From contig CAWIIQ010000001.1 of NCBI GenBank assembly GCA_963836185.1, forward strand, positions 1,664,001-1,728,000: a DNA stretch of 64,000 nt, given 5' to 3'. A model generated the notes under the pieces. That model worked only from the letters and a program-made list of their open reading frames with translations. It was not told where the DNA came from and searched no databases. Below, one piece after another: positions 30,989 to 40,046 of this stretch (positions are counted from its first letter, which is position 1; every line of letters begins with the position of its first letter). The DNA is from Candidatus Krumholzibacteriia bacterium. Its GTDB lineage: Bacteria; Krumholzibacteriota; Krumholzibacteriia; Krumholzibacteriales; Krumholzibacteriaceae. The translations under genes were made by a program, and so were the position numbers.

Positions 30989-31570
30989 ATGAAGAGACTG
31001 ACATTGACTGCACTGCTCCTTATCGTTCTTACTGTCGGAGCGGTAGCTCACGAGGGATCGATAGGACTGTACACGACCCAGGAAGCGACCGATTGTGACG
31101 CGACGTTTACGCCTTTCCTGTCGAGTAATATCTACGTCATGTATTACAAAAGCGATGCGGGACCAGACGGGATCTCAGGCGCACAGTTCAGGGTAGAGAT
31201 ACCTGCCGGGGGATCGGTCGTAGTACAGTCATTTACGCCTCACCCCGACATCAACTTGACGATAGGCGATATAGCCGGGGCCGGGTTATCCGTCACTTAT
31301 TCGGGATGCGCTGGAGCCGGCTCGGATCTTCTCCTGATCGGAACCATGCAGGTATTTCCCATGGCAGCCGGCAGCTACACTTTCAAGGTGCTGGGCTCGA
31401 CAGACATCAATCCCGAGGAACCAGTACTATCGCAGAGGGTCGCGATATGTGATTTCGACAAGACTGTAGTCGGTGTCCTCGGCGGATGGTATTCGACACC
31501 CGACGGGTCATGCAACGTCGGTACAGAGGAAAAGACCTGGGGAGCTATCAAGGAGATGTACAAGGACTAA
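30989..31570 (+). CDS. Secreted beta-rich protein with C-terminal TWGAIKEMY motif
   Basis: Signal peptide MKRLTLTALLLIVLTVGAVA; AAGGAGG SD; ends CNVGTEEKTWGAIKEMYKD. Confidence 0.85.
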   Translation: MKRLTLTALLLIVLTVGAVAHEGSIGLYTTQEATDCDATFTPFLSSNIYVMYYKSDAGPDGISGAQFRVEIPAGGSVVVQSFTPHPDINLTIGDIAGAGLSVTYSGCAGAGSDLLLIGTMQVFPMAAGSYTFKVLGSTDINPEEPVLSQRVAICDFDKTVVGVLGGWYSTPDGSCNVGTEEKTWGAIKEMYKD

Positions 31571-31599
31571 GCTCTCGGGCAGTTACAGAAGAGACCATG

Positions 31600-31633
31600 A
31601 GGGGGCCCGGACAGAATACCGGGCCCTTTATTC
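31600..31633 (+). terminator. Terminator hairpin
   Basis: GGGGCCCGG/CCGGGCCCT followed by TTATT. Confidence 0.65.
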
Positions 31634-31647
31634 ATACCTCCTGTAAC

Positions 31648-31675
31648 ATGACGCATAATATATATTATGTTAACC
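31648..31675. other. dif: dif site (XerC/XerD chromosome dimer resolution)
   Basis: ATGACGCATAA-TATATA-TTATGTTAACC versus E. coli GGTGCGCATAA-TGTATA-TTATGTTAAAT; located at the gene-orientation convergence. Confidence 0.9.
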
Positions 31676-31729
31676 ATTAGATATGCTGATTATCCCGTCC
31701 AGGCTGAAATCCATGTCATTTGCAGGTAG

Positions 31730-34241
31730 TTATACGACTATATTGACAAGGCGCCCGGGAACGACGATCACCTTCCGGATATCCCTGCCATCGATGATAT
31801 TCCCTGATCCTTTCGTCCTCCAGCGCGAGTTTCTCGAGCTCTTCCTTTGAGGCTTCCTTTCAGCTTCGATACGGGAACGGACCTTTCCATTTACCTGTAC
31901 GACGAGCGTATAGACATCGCCCTTCAGCCAGCCCGGATCAGCTTCGGGCAGGTTCTGGAGGAATATCGACCCATTATTGCCGAGACGCTCCCATATTTCC
32001 TCGCAGATATGCGGCGCCATCGGCGCAAGAAGCAGTAACAGTGTCTTAATCGAGTATTTAAATAGCTCGCAGGCGCGTCGCTGCGCTGATGTGAATTCTC
32101 GGATCCCCGTCCATATACAGGTGTATCTCGTTTACGAGTTCCATCAGGGCGCTTATCGCCGTATTGAAATGGAATGTACCGCCAAGTATATCTCTTTTTA
32201 CCCTGTCGGTCGTCTGCTGTGTCTTGCGGTACAGCGATTTCTGAATATCAGTGAGGCTTTCAGGCTCTAATTTCAGGACTCTCTGAGGCAGCCTCCAGGA
32301 TATCGCTGTGGTTCGCATAGAGCCTCCAGACTCTGTTTACGAATCTGGAAGCGCCCTCAACGGCGCGGTCGTTCCATTCAGCGTCCTTTTCCGGCGGTCC
32401 GATGAAAAGTGTGTATATCCTCACTGTATCAGCGCCGTATTTTTCGAGCAGCGGCTTCGGATCTACCGTATTTCCAGCGCTTTTCGACATCTTGGCGCCA
32501 TTTCGCGTTATCATTCCCTGTGTGAAAAGGCTGCCGAAAGGCTCATCAAACGCTACTAACTTCCTGTCATACAGGAACTTAACGATAAACCTCGAGTACA
32601 GCAGGTGTAGGATCGCGTGCTCGATACCGCCGATATACTGGTCCACCGGAAGCCATTTGTCTACAAGAGACGGAATCAAAGGCCTTCCTGTCATCATCAG
32701 GTGACAGATAGCGCAGGAAATACCAGCTCGAATCGACGAATGTGTCCATCGTATCGGTATCTCGCAGGGCCTTACCGCCGCAGGCGGGACAATCGACGTT
32801 CACAAAGTCATCAGATGCCGCGAGCGGCGACTTTCCATCACCCCTCGGCATGAAGTCGACATCCTCGGGGAGCAACACAGGTAGCTGATCCTCGGGCACA
32901 GGCACGATTCCGCATTTAGCACAGTGTATCATCGGGATCGGAGCGCCCCAGTATCTCTGCCGCGAGATCAGCCAGTCCTTCAGCCGATAGTGGACCGTCC
33001 TGCGTGCCAGGCCCTTTCCGGCGAGAAAATCGGTGATCGTCTCCATCGCATCCCGATTACCGCGTACCGTCGAACTGCCCCGAGTTTATCATCGTCCCGT
33101 CATCGACATATGCCTCTTTCATCTCTCCAGGCTGACTACCTTCGGGCAGTATGACCTGGACCACGGGAATCTCTACTGGAGACTCCTGCACAAATTCGAA
33201 ATCTCTCTGGTCGTGAGCCGGCACACCCATAACTACGCCCGTTCCATAATCCATCAGGACATAGCTGGCAAGGAAGACCGGTATCTTCCATCCTGTGGCC
33301 GGGTTGACCGCGTAACATCCTGTGAAGAAACCCTCTTTTGTAAATTCTGTCTTCTCCCGTTCCTGGAGGCGCAGTTCACGGGCATGGGCGACGAAGGCTT
33401 TACCTTCATCCTCCCTCCCCCCTCTTTCCAGCATACCTTCGGCAAGGGGATGATCGGCCGCTATTACGATGAAGGTCGCTCCGTATATCGTATCCACACG
33501 CGTGGTGAAGCAGTCCAGCACATCATCGCTGCCCTCGAGAGGAAAAGCGACCTCGACCCCTTCGGATCTCCCTATCCAGTTCTTCTGCATCACACGGACA
33601 CGTTCGGGCCATTTGTCAAGCTTTGCAAGATCATCGAGAAGCCTGTCAGCATAATTCGTTATCCTGAAAAACCATTGCTTGAGATCTTTCTGCTCGACCG
33701 TGCTGTCGCATCTCTCGCACTCCCCTCCCACCACCTGCTCGTTCGCCAGGACAGTCTTGCATGAAGGGCACCAGTTCACTGATGCTTCAGCCTGGTAGGC
33801 GAGCCCGGCCTCGAACAGTTCGCGGAAAAGCCATTGCGTCCATTTGTAGTAGTCCGGTTTGCAGGACGCGACCTCTCTCGACCAGTCGTATATCACACCC
33901 CACTGATCGAACTGTTTTTTCATGTAGGCTATATTATCTTCTGTCCATTTTGCCGGCCTGATATTGTTCTTGATCGCGGCATTCTCCGCGGGCAATCCGA
34001 ATGAGTCCCAACCCATAGGAGCCAGGACATTCCTGCCCTCCATCATCTTGTAGCGCGCAAGAGCATCCCCGATGATATAGTTCCGGCCGTGCCCGACATG
34101 AAGGTATCCCGAAGGATAGGGGAACATCATGAGGCAGTAATATTTGTCGTCAGTATCGGCAGAATCACAGCGGAACAGATCTCCCCAGCGATCATGCCAT
34201 TTTTTTTCAGCTTCCCTGAAGGGAAAGAAATCCTCCATCAT
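31730..34241 (-). CDS. leuS: Leucine--tRNA ligase, multiple frameshifts
   Basis: [61 protein letters not shown] spread over five ORFs. Confidence 0.95.
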
Positions 34242-34483
34242 GCGTCTTCTCCGGATTCTGTCAGGTCTACGACTACATGTATATCGTCCCCGGCGTTGTC
34301 TATCTCGAGCTTCGCGTCCATGGCCAGAAAGTATTCTACGAGTTCGTCCGCCGCAGCCTCACTGGAGACTATCACTCGCAGATGTCCGCCCCTGAACTCA
34401 TCTATCCTCTTCTTTACGAGCATGAGCGGCCCGGGAGGGTTCAGTCCCCTGGCTATGATCCTTTTCTCTTCGCCCCCTGCCAT
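34238..34483 (-). CDS. TusA/SirA-like small protein lacking the catalytic Cys
   Basis: IIARGLNPPGPL where TusA has DxxGLxCPxP; 81 aa. Confidence 0.7.
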   Translation of the reverse strand: MAGGEEKRIIARGLNPPGPLMLVKKRIDEFRGGHLRVIVSSEAAADELVEYFLAMDAKLEIDNAGDDIHVVVDLTESGEDA

Positions 34484-34567
34484 AGCGATCGTCCTCCCTC
34501 TCCCTCACGGGAGATGATACCGATTCGATCATCGTATATCAGAAGATAGGGATACAGACTTACGGTC

Positions 34568-34909
34568 TCAAGCCGATTCGAGCATCGATTTGAGTTTTTC
34601 CTCGATAGCTTCCCTCGTGAGCGAACCTACGGCGCTGTCCACGATCTCGCCACCGTTAAAAAAGAGAAGCATGGGAATGCTCCTTACCGAGTAACGGTTT
34701 GCCGTCTGGTTGCTTTCGTTCACGTCGACTTTGAAAAATGAGACTTTCCCGTCATAATCGGATGCCACATCGTGCAGTATCTCATCCAGCCTCTTGCATG
34801 GCACGCACCATGTCGCCCAGAAATCCACGACCGCCGGTTTCCCGGATTCCAGTACCGCGTCGACGAATTCCTGATCAGAGACTTTCCTTACCTTTGTATC
34901 GGTGCTCAT
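34568..34909 (-). CDS. trxA: Thioredoxin
   Basis: VVDFWATWCVPCK, VRSIPML. Confidence 0.92.
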   Translation of the reverse strand: MSTDTKVRKVSDQEFVDAVLESGKPAVVDFWATWCVPCKRLDEILHDVASDYDGKVSFFKVDVNESNQTANRYSVRSIPMLLFFNGGEIVDSAVGSLTREAIEEKLKSMLESA

Positions 34910-34937
34910 GAGCTTCACCCCCGCATCATCAGAATCC

Positions 34938-35975
34938 TTATGCTGCGCCTGCTCTACCCGCTTCCTGATCGATCAGCCTGCCCTTCATCGAATGGAGAAT
35001 CGCGCTGTCGAGCAGGAGTTCTTCCGGGAACGCCGTACTCTTCATGAGGATCTCCGTGCTCCTCAGATTCTCCAGCCAGATTATGATCTCGCGGGTCTTC
35101 AGCCTGCCTGCCTCATTCTTGAGCTTATCGTATCTGTAACCTCCGCCCCCCTGCCCCGCCTTTATCCGCAGCAGAGCGAGAAAGTGACGTATCAACTGAT
35201 AGACTACAACAGATGGCCTTTCCGCACCAGAATTAATGATACCTGAAAGGATCATCAAGGCTGAGGCGGAATCACCTTGCCCGATGCTGTCCAGCATGTC
35301 AAAAACACTTCTCATCCTGTAACTGCCCATTACGGATGCCACATCTTTGCCTGTGACATGAGCGCCTTCGAAGGCGACTCCGAGCTTGTCGAGTTCATTG
35401 CTGATATCGAAGAGGTTCGTTCCGGCACTGGAAAGCAGGCTGCTGACAGCCCCTTCATCCATATCGAAATTCAGGCGCTTCGCCCTTGAGGAGACCCATT
35501 TTCGAAGTCCGTTATCGTTCAGGCGATCGAACTGGATCACTTTTCCTCTTGCCTTGACGGCCTTCTCCAACGCTGTGAAATCACGTGGAGGCTTGATCCT
35601 TCTCCCTTTATCGTCGTGCGTAGCGAAAAGAAGAATCAAGACGGTGGACTCGACAGGATCACCACAGTATTCCACCAGTGGTTTCCACTTGCCCTTCAAT
35701 CTTTCGAGTTCACGTATTGTCATCACTCTTTTATCCGAAAGAAATGGAAAGGAGCGTGCTGTCGAGATAAAGGTCTTCATGTCGATCTCGGAGCCATGAT
35801 CGACGCTGAGGTTGAAACTCCTCATATCCTCCGTTACGAATCTGTCAGTCAGACGGGCCGCCATCTCTTCCATGACAAAATACTCTTCGCCCTTAAGCAG
35901 ATATACAGCCCGTGGCTCACCGGAGTCGACCTCGGCGAATGTCTTCTTGTAATAATCAAGTCCGGCTTTCATCAT
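34938..35975 (-). CDS. holA: DNA polymerase III delta subunit
   Basis: VYLLKGEEYF, SFPFLSDKRV, NELDKL; next to lptE and leuS. Confidence 0.9.
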   Translation of the reverse strand: MMKAGLDYYKKTFAEVDSGEPRAVYLLKGEEYFVMEEMAARLTDRFVTEDMRSFNLSVDHGSEIDMKTFISTARSFPFLSDKRVMTIRELERLKGKWKPLVEYCGDPVESTVLILLFATHDDKGRRIKPPRDFTALEKAVKARGKVIQFDRLNDNGLRKWVSSRAKRLNFDMDEGAVSSLLSSAGTNLFDISNELDKLGVAFEGAHVTGKDVASVMGSYRMRSVFDMLDSIGQGDSASALMILSGIINSGAERPSVVVYQLIRHFLALLRIKAGQGGGGYRYDKLKNEAGRLKTREIIIWLENLRSTEILMKSTAFPEELLLDSAILHSMKGRLIDQEAGRAGAA

Positions 35976-36491
35976 CTACCAGTCCTGTACGGTCGCCGCG
36001 AGGATGCCTTCCACCAGGTCCTGGTAGACCTCCGCAAGCGCATTCTCATAGTTCTGGTCCGCGGTGGTTTCGAGGTAATAATCCCCATGCGCCCTTATCA
36101 GTTTCTCCTCGTATATATAAGCATTCTGCGACGGGCTGAAGAGAGACACTTTTATCTCTATCATCAGGCGGTACTGCTCCGCCTGGACCTGTGTATCGCT
36201 CTGCTCGAACGTGAACGGCGTATTCCTGAATTTTATCACCGAGCCTTCGAGGGTAGCGTCAGATTCAGTCTCATCTACGACCTTGAGGGTGTTGTCTTTA
36301 GCTATCCCAAGTATTATCTGATCGGTGATCTCTATCTCCACATCCGGCTCGGATGTCTTGTTCGTGAAGTACGGTACGGAGATCCTGGCTATGTCACCGG
36401 CCGTCCTGCTCGTCGTCCCGTAATATGTGCATGATATCATCGCAAAGACGCAGAAAAGACCGACTATGACTGCTGGAGGCCTGCTACTCAT
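35976..36491 (-). CDS. lptE: LptE-family lipoprotein
   Basis: Lipobox MISC, ISVPYFTNKT, ADATLEG-like segment, adjacent to holA. Confidence 0.8.
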   Translation of the reverse strand: MSSRPPAVIVGLFCVFAMISCTYYGTTSRTAGDIARISVPYFTNKTSEPDVEIEITDQIILGIAKDNTLKVVDETESDATLEGSVIKFRNTPFTFEQSDTQVQAEQYRLMIEIKVSLFSPSQNAYIYEEKLIRAHGDYYLETTADQNYENALAEVYQDLVEGILAATVQDW

Positions 36492-37908
36492 CCCCGTTGC
36501 CGCCCTGTCCCATATCGAAGTTCTTGAGCCTGTATCTCAGTTTGTCACGGTTCAGGCGCAGGAGTCTCGCTGCCCTGCTCTGGTTGCCGTCCGATTCTTT
36601 CATGGCTTTTGTTATCAGTTCGATCTCAGTGTCACGCACCATGTCCTCAAATTCGATACCCTCATCAGGATATGGTCTTCCAAGAGCTGCCTCGAGATGC
36701 TGAACGACAGATCTGCCTGGTGCGTCTGAACCCCCGCTTCGTATACTTTCGGGCAGGTGCGCCGGCCTCAGGATCGAATCGTCCTCCAGCAGGACGATCC
36801 TCTCAACGATATTCTTCAACTCACGGATATTGCCAGGCCACGGGTAGGCAAGGATCATCTCGAACGTCTCGTCAGCCACCTCGACAAAATTCTTGTTGAA
36901 CTGTTTATTGAACCTGCTGAGAAAATGTTTGAGGAGAACGAAGATGTCCTCCTTGCGCTCGCGCAGCGGTGGAATAAAGATCGGGATCACCTTGAGCCTG
37001 TAATAGAGATCCTCGCGGAATACCTTCTCACGGACCGCCAGCTCAAGGTCCCTGTTCGTAGCCGAGATGATCCTCACGCTGACTTTTATATCCTTTGTCC
37101 CCCCAACCCTTCTGAATGTCATCCTTTCAAGGACCCTGAGGAGCTTGACCTGGATCGTGAGACTCATCTCCCCGATCTCGTCGAGAAACAGAGTGCCCTT
37201 GTTGGCAAGTTCCAGAAGACCTACCTTCTGGACCTTCGCGTCGGTAAAGGCCCCCTTTTCGTGCCCAAAAAGCTCGCTCTCGAGAAGTTCCTCCGGCAGA
37301 GACGCGCAGTTTATCTCAAGGAACGGCTTGTCGTTCCTGGGGCTGTAGCGGTGGATCATATTGGCGATCATTTCCTTGCCCGTCCCGCTTTCACCCTGGA
37401 CAAGGACCGTCGTGGTCTCACTCTGGGCAACTGTTCTCACGACGTCATAGATCTCTTTCATCTTGGCGCTTTCGCCGGGAACATGCCCGTCGTCCATATC
37501 GATCTTGAGCCTTCGCCTGAGCTGGAAAAGCTCCCTGTTGAGCTTCTGGGATTCCAGGCCCTTCTCGACGGCCAGAAGAAGCTGCTCCAGATTGACAGGT
37601 TTACTTACGAAATCGAATGCACCTTTCTTTATGGCGGATACAGCGGTCTCTATGTCACCGAAAGCTGTCAGCATGATCACGCTGACCTCCGGGACCTCTT
37701 CCTTGACCCGCTGAAGGACCTCGATTCCATTGATATCTGGAAGCTTGAGGTCGAGAAGGATCAGGTCGGGGAGCTCGCTCCTGGTCAGTTCAAGCGCTTC
37801 TTCTCCCGTCGCAGCCGTCAGGGCCTCATATCCCTCGTCTGTGAGTGTCTTTTCTAGAAACAGACGAATGGTGTCTTCATCATCAACCAGAAGCACTACC
37901 GGTTTCAA
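36484..37908 (-). CDS. NtrC-family sigma54-dependent response regulator
   Basis: Receiver domain (LVDDE, LLDLKLP), GESGTGKE, GAFTDA, WPGNIREL, Fis-type HTH. Confidence 0.96.
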   Translation of the reverse strand: MKPVVLLVDDEDTIRLFLEKTLTDEGYEALTAATGEEALELTRSELPDLILLDLKLPDINGIEVLQRVKEEVPEVSVIMLTAFGDIETAVSAIKKGAFDFVSKPVNLEQLLLAVEKGLESQKLNRELFQLRRRLKIDMDDGHVPGESAKMKEIYDVVRTVAQSETTTVLVQGESGTGKEMIANMIHRYSPRNDKPFLEINCASLPEELLESELFGHEKGAFTDAKVQKVGLLELANKGTLFLDEIGEMSLTIQVKLLRVLERMTFRRVGGTKDIKVSVRIISATNRDLELAVREKVFREDLYYRLKVIPIFIPPLRERKEDIFVLLKHFLSRFNKQFNKNFVEVADETFEMILAYPWPGNIRELKNIVERIVLLEDDSILRPAHLPESIRSGGSDAPGRSVVQHLEAALGRPYPDEGIEFEDMVRDTEIELITKAMKESDGNQSRAARLLRLNRDKLRYRLKNFDMGQGGNGDE

Positions 37909-39964
37909 CTTTTCCTCCCTGTACTGGTCGCGTCACGGGCAGATAGACGCGGAATATCGTACCATCACCAGGCTCAGAAATCACCTTTATACTCCCCTGA
38001 TGATGCTGAATTATACTGTGAGTCACAAACAGTCCAAGTCCCGTTCCACCCTTCTTTCTCGAAAAAAACGGCAGAAATATCCTCTGCTTGTCCCTGCTGT
38101 CTATTCCCGGACCGTCGTCCGCTACATCAAGGATGATGAAATCCTTCCCCTTCTGCCTTCTCATATCGGATTCCCTGTCATCGAACGTCTTGACCCGGAC
38201 ACTCACGTGCCCCCCCTCTTCCACAGCTTCAGCGGCGTTCTTGATCAGATTGATCAGCACCTGAGTGATCTGGTCCGGATCTACTTCGACCTTCGGGACT
38301 TCAGGCTCGACACTTGTGGTAAATTCCACCTTTCTGGAATCCAGAATGTCGCTGATAGATTTGAACGACTTTTCTATGATGACGGCCGTATCAGATTCCT
38401 GATACAGAAGATCTCGCGGCTTCGCTACCTTGAAGAGATCCGTGATGATCCTGTTGAGCCTCGCCACCTCCGCCAGGATGTGAGTTATGTTCTCCTTGTG
38501 CTCCTCGCTCAGTTCGGCACTCCTGTCGAGATACTGTATCCCCGCTGCTATCCCCGTGAGGGGATTCCTTATCTCATGGGCGACAGCCGAAGTGAACCGC
38601 CCGAGGACAGCGAGATTGTCAAGATGACGGATCGCTTCTTCCATCCGCTTGATCTCACTGAGGTCTGCGAAGAGAATGATCGCTCCCTGCGTCTCAGTAT
38701 CATCGCCTATCAGGCGGGATACGTTCATCCTTAGCGGTATACATGAATCCTCCTGGCACATGAGATAGGCTTCGTGAAACGCTATTGGATCCCCGCTGTC
38801 CAGCGCCATGAATACCGGCGAACCTTTTCGAGGCTTCCCCGAATCATTATCACAGATCAGCTCATCTATGTTCCGCGCCAGTAGCTCCTCTTCGCTGAGG
38901 CCGCTCATCTCTCTCGCGCTTCTGTTGGCAAATGTGATGTTTCCATCCATATCCGAGACTATCAATCCATGCATCATGCCCTCGAAGACCTTCTCCCGGA
39001 ACCTTTCCTCCTGGCGCAGTTCCTGGTACAGCATCCAGTTCTCCATGTTGGAACCGACAAGAGAGCCGACGGTCTCCACTGTGACCTGGTCTATGTTTGT
39101 CAGCGATGTAGCCCGGTAACCGTCCGTAACCAGAAGGGCGCCGAGCAGAGGAAGGTCCGGGCATGCCAGGCATTCAGCTCGAGTCAGGAAGGGAATCGAT
39201 TCTTTCAGTTCCTTCTCGCACTCCCCCATCTGCCTGAGGATGCATGAATCAGTCTGACAGCAGCCCCTTTCGCCCGAGGATTTCATCAGAGGCACACATA
39301 TGTATGAGCTCATGGTGCTGTCGGGAAAGAGGTGCTCACCTTCTACGTCAATAAGAGGATGCATCCTGACATCTTTGATGAGAAATGCCTTCCCGGTCGA
39401 AAGAGAGTTTCTTATCGCACCGTCAAGATCTTCCAGCCCGAAATTGACTACGCGGCGAACGACCCGGGTAGCTCTCTCGATCGATACTATTGCCTGGAAG
39501 CAATGTTTTCTTTTCCGGAGTATTATAAACGCCGCTTCCTTGTAGCCGACGCCATGCACGAGGTAGTCGAAGACTGAGTCGACCAGCTTCTTCTCGTCGA
39601 GGGAGCTTATGATGCTGCGCCCGATCTCTTTGAGGCTGAGGAGCTGGATGTTCTTCTCAACAAGCTTGAAGAGAGTCCTCTCGAGATCGGTAAGGAGCGT
39701 GATTATCATCCTGTAGAAGACATCATCGCCTGTGTCTCCGATATTCTCATCGAGAAAGAGTCCCTCGCTCTTGAGATTCGATAATCGCTTATGAATATTG
39801 TCGATACGTTTGCCGCGCATCTGCCTGCGCTTAAGGCTGGCACCGACTGCCACAGCGATCCCTGCCGGGATAAGGACCCAGGCTGCGGGAGGCCACAGGG
39901 CGACCACTACGATAAAAACCGTATACAGGCCACCTATCCAGAAATAATCATGTATCCATCGCAT
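37883..39964 (-). CDS. Membrane sensor histidine kinase (GAF + PAS)
   Basis: Two N-terminal TM; AHEIRNPL; NLIKNA, DDGPGI, GTGLGL. Confidence 0.94.
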   Translation of the reverse strand: MRWIHDYFWIGGLYTVFIVVVALWPPAAWVLIPAGIAVAVGASLKRRQMRGKRIDNIHKRLSNLKSEGLFLDENIGDTGDDVFYRMIITLLTDLERTLFKLVEKNIQLLSLKEIGRSIISSLDEKKLVDSVFDYLVHGVGYKEAAFIILRKRKHCFQAIVSIERATRVVRRVVNFGLEDLDGAIRNSLSTGKAFLIKDVRMHPLIDVEGEHLFPDSTMSSYICVPLMKSSGERGCCQTDSCILRQMGECEKELKESIPFLTRAECLACPDLPLLGALLVTDGYRATSLTNIDQVTVETVGSLVGSNMENWMLYQELRQEERFREKVFEGMMHGLIVSDMDGNITFANRSAREMSGLSEEELLARNIDELICDNDSGKPRKGSPVFMALDSGDPIAFHEAYLMCQEDSCIPLRMNVSRLIGDDTETQGAIILFADLSEIKRMEEAIRHLDNLAVLGRFTSAVAHEIRNPLTGIAAGIQYLDRSAELSEEHKENITHILAEVARLNRIITDLFKVAKPRDLLYQESDTAVIIEKSFKSISDILDSRKVEFTTSVEPEVPKVEVDPDQITQVLINLIKNAAEAVEEGGHVSVRVKTFDDRESDMRRQKGKDFIILDVADDGPGIDSRDKQRIFLPFFSRKKGGTGLGLFVTHSIIQHHQGSIKVISEPGDGTIFRVYLPVTRPVQGGKVETGSASG

Positions 39965-39981
39965 ATAGTCACCGCTGATGG

Positions 39982-40010
39982 ATTCTAAAGGCGTACTGGA
40001 AGGTAGTCAA
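39982..40010 (-). promoter_or_regulatory. sigma70-type promoter of the two-component operon
   Basis: Minus strand TTGACT-17 nt-TAGAAT. Confidence 0.7.
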
Positions 40011-40046
40011 GGAATAGCGTATGAGGTGTGATTAAGGTAAAAGGCC

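Noticed and set aside
34420-34460. Selenocysteine recoding in the TusA-like gene
   Set aside because: The codon at the Cys position is CCT (Pro), not TGA.
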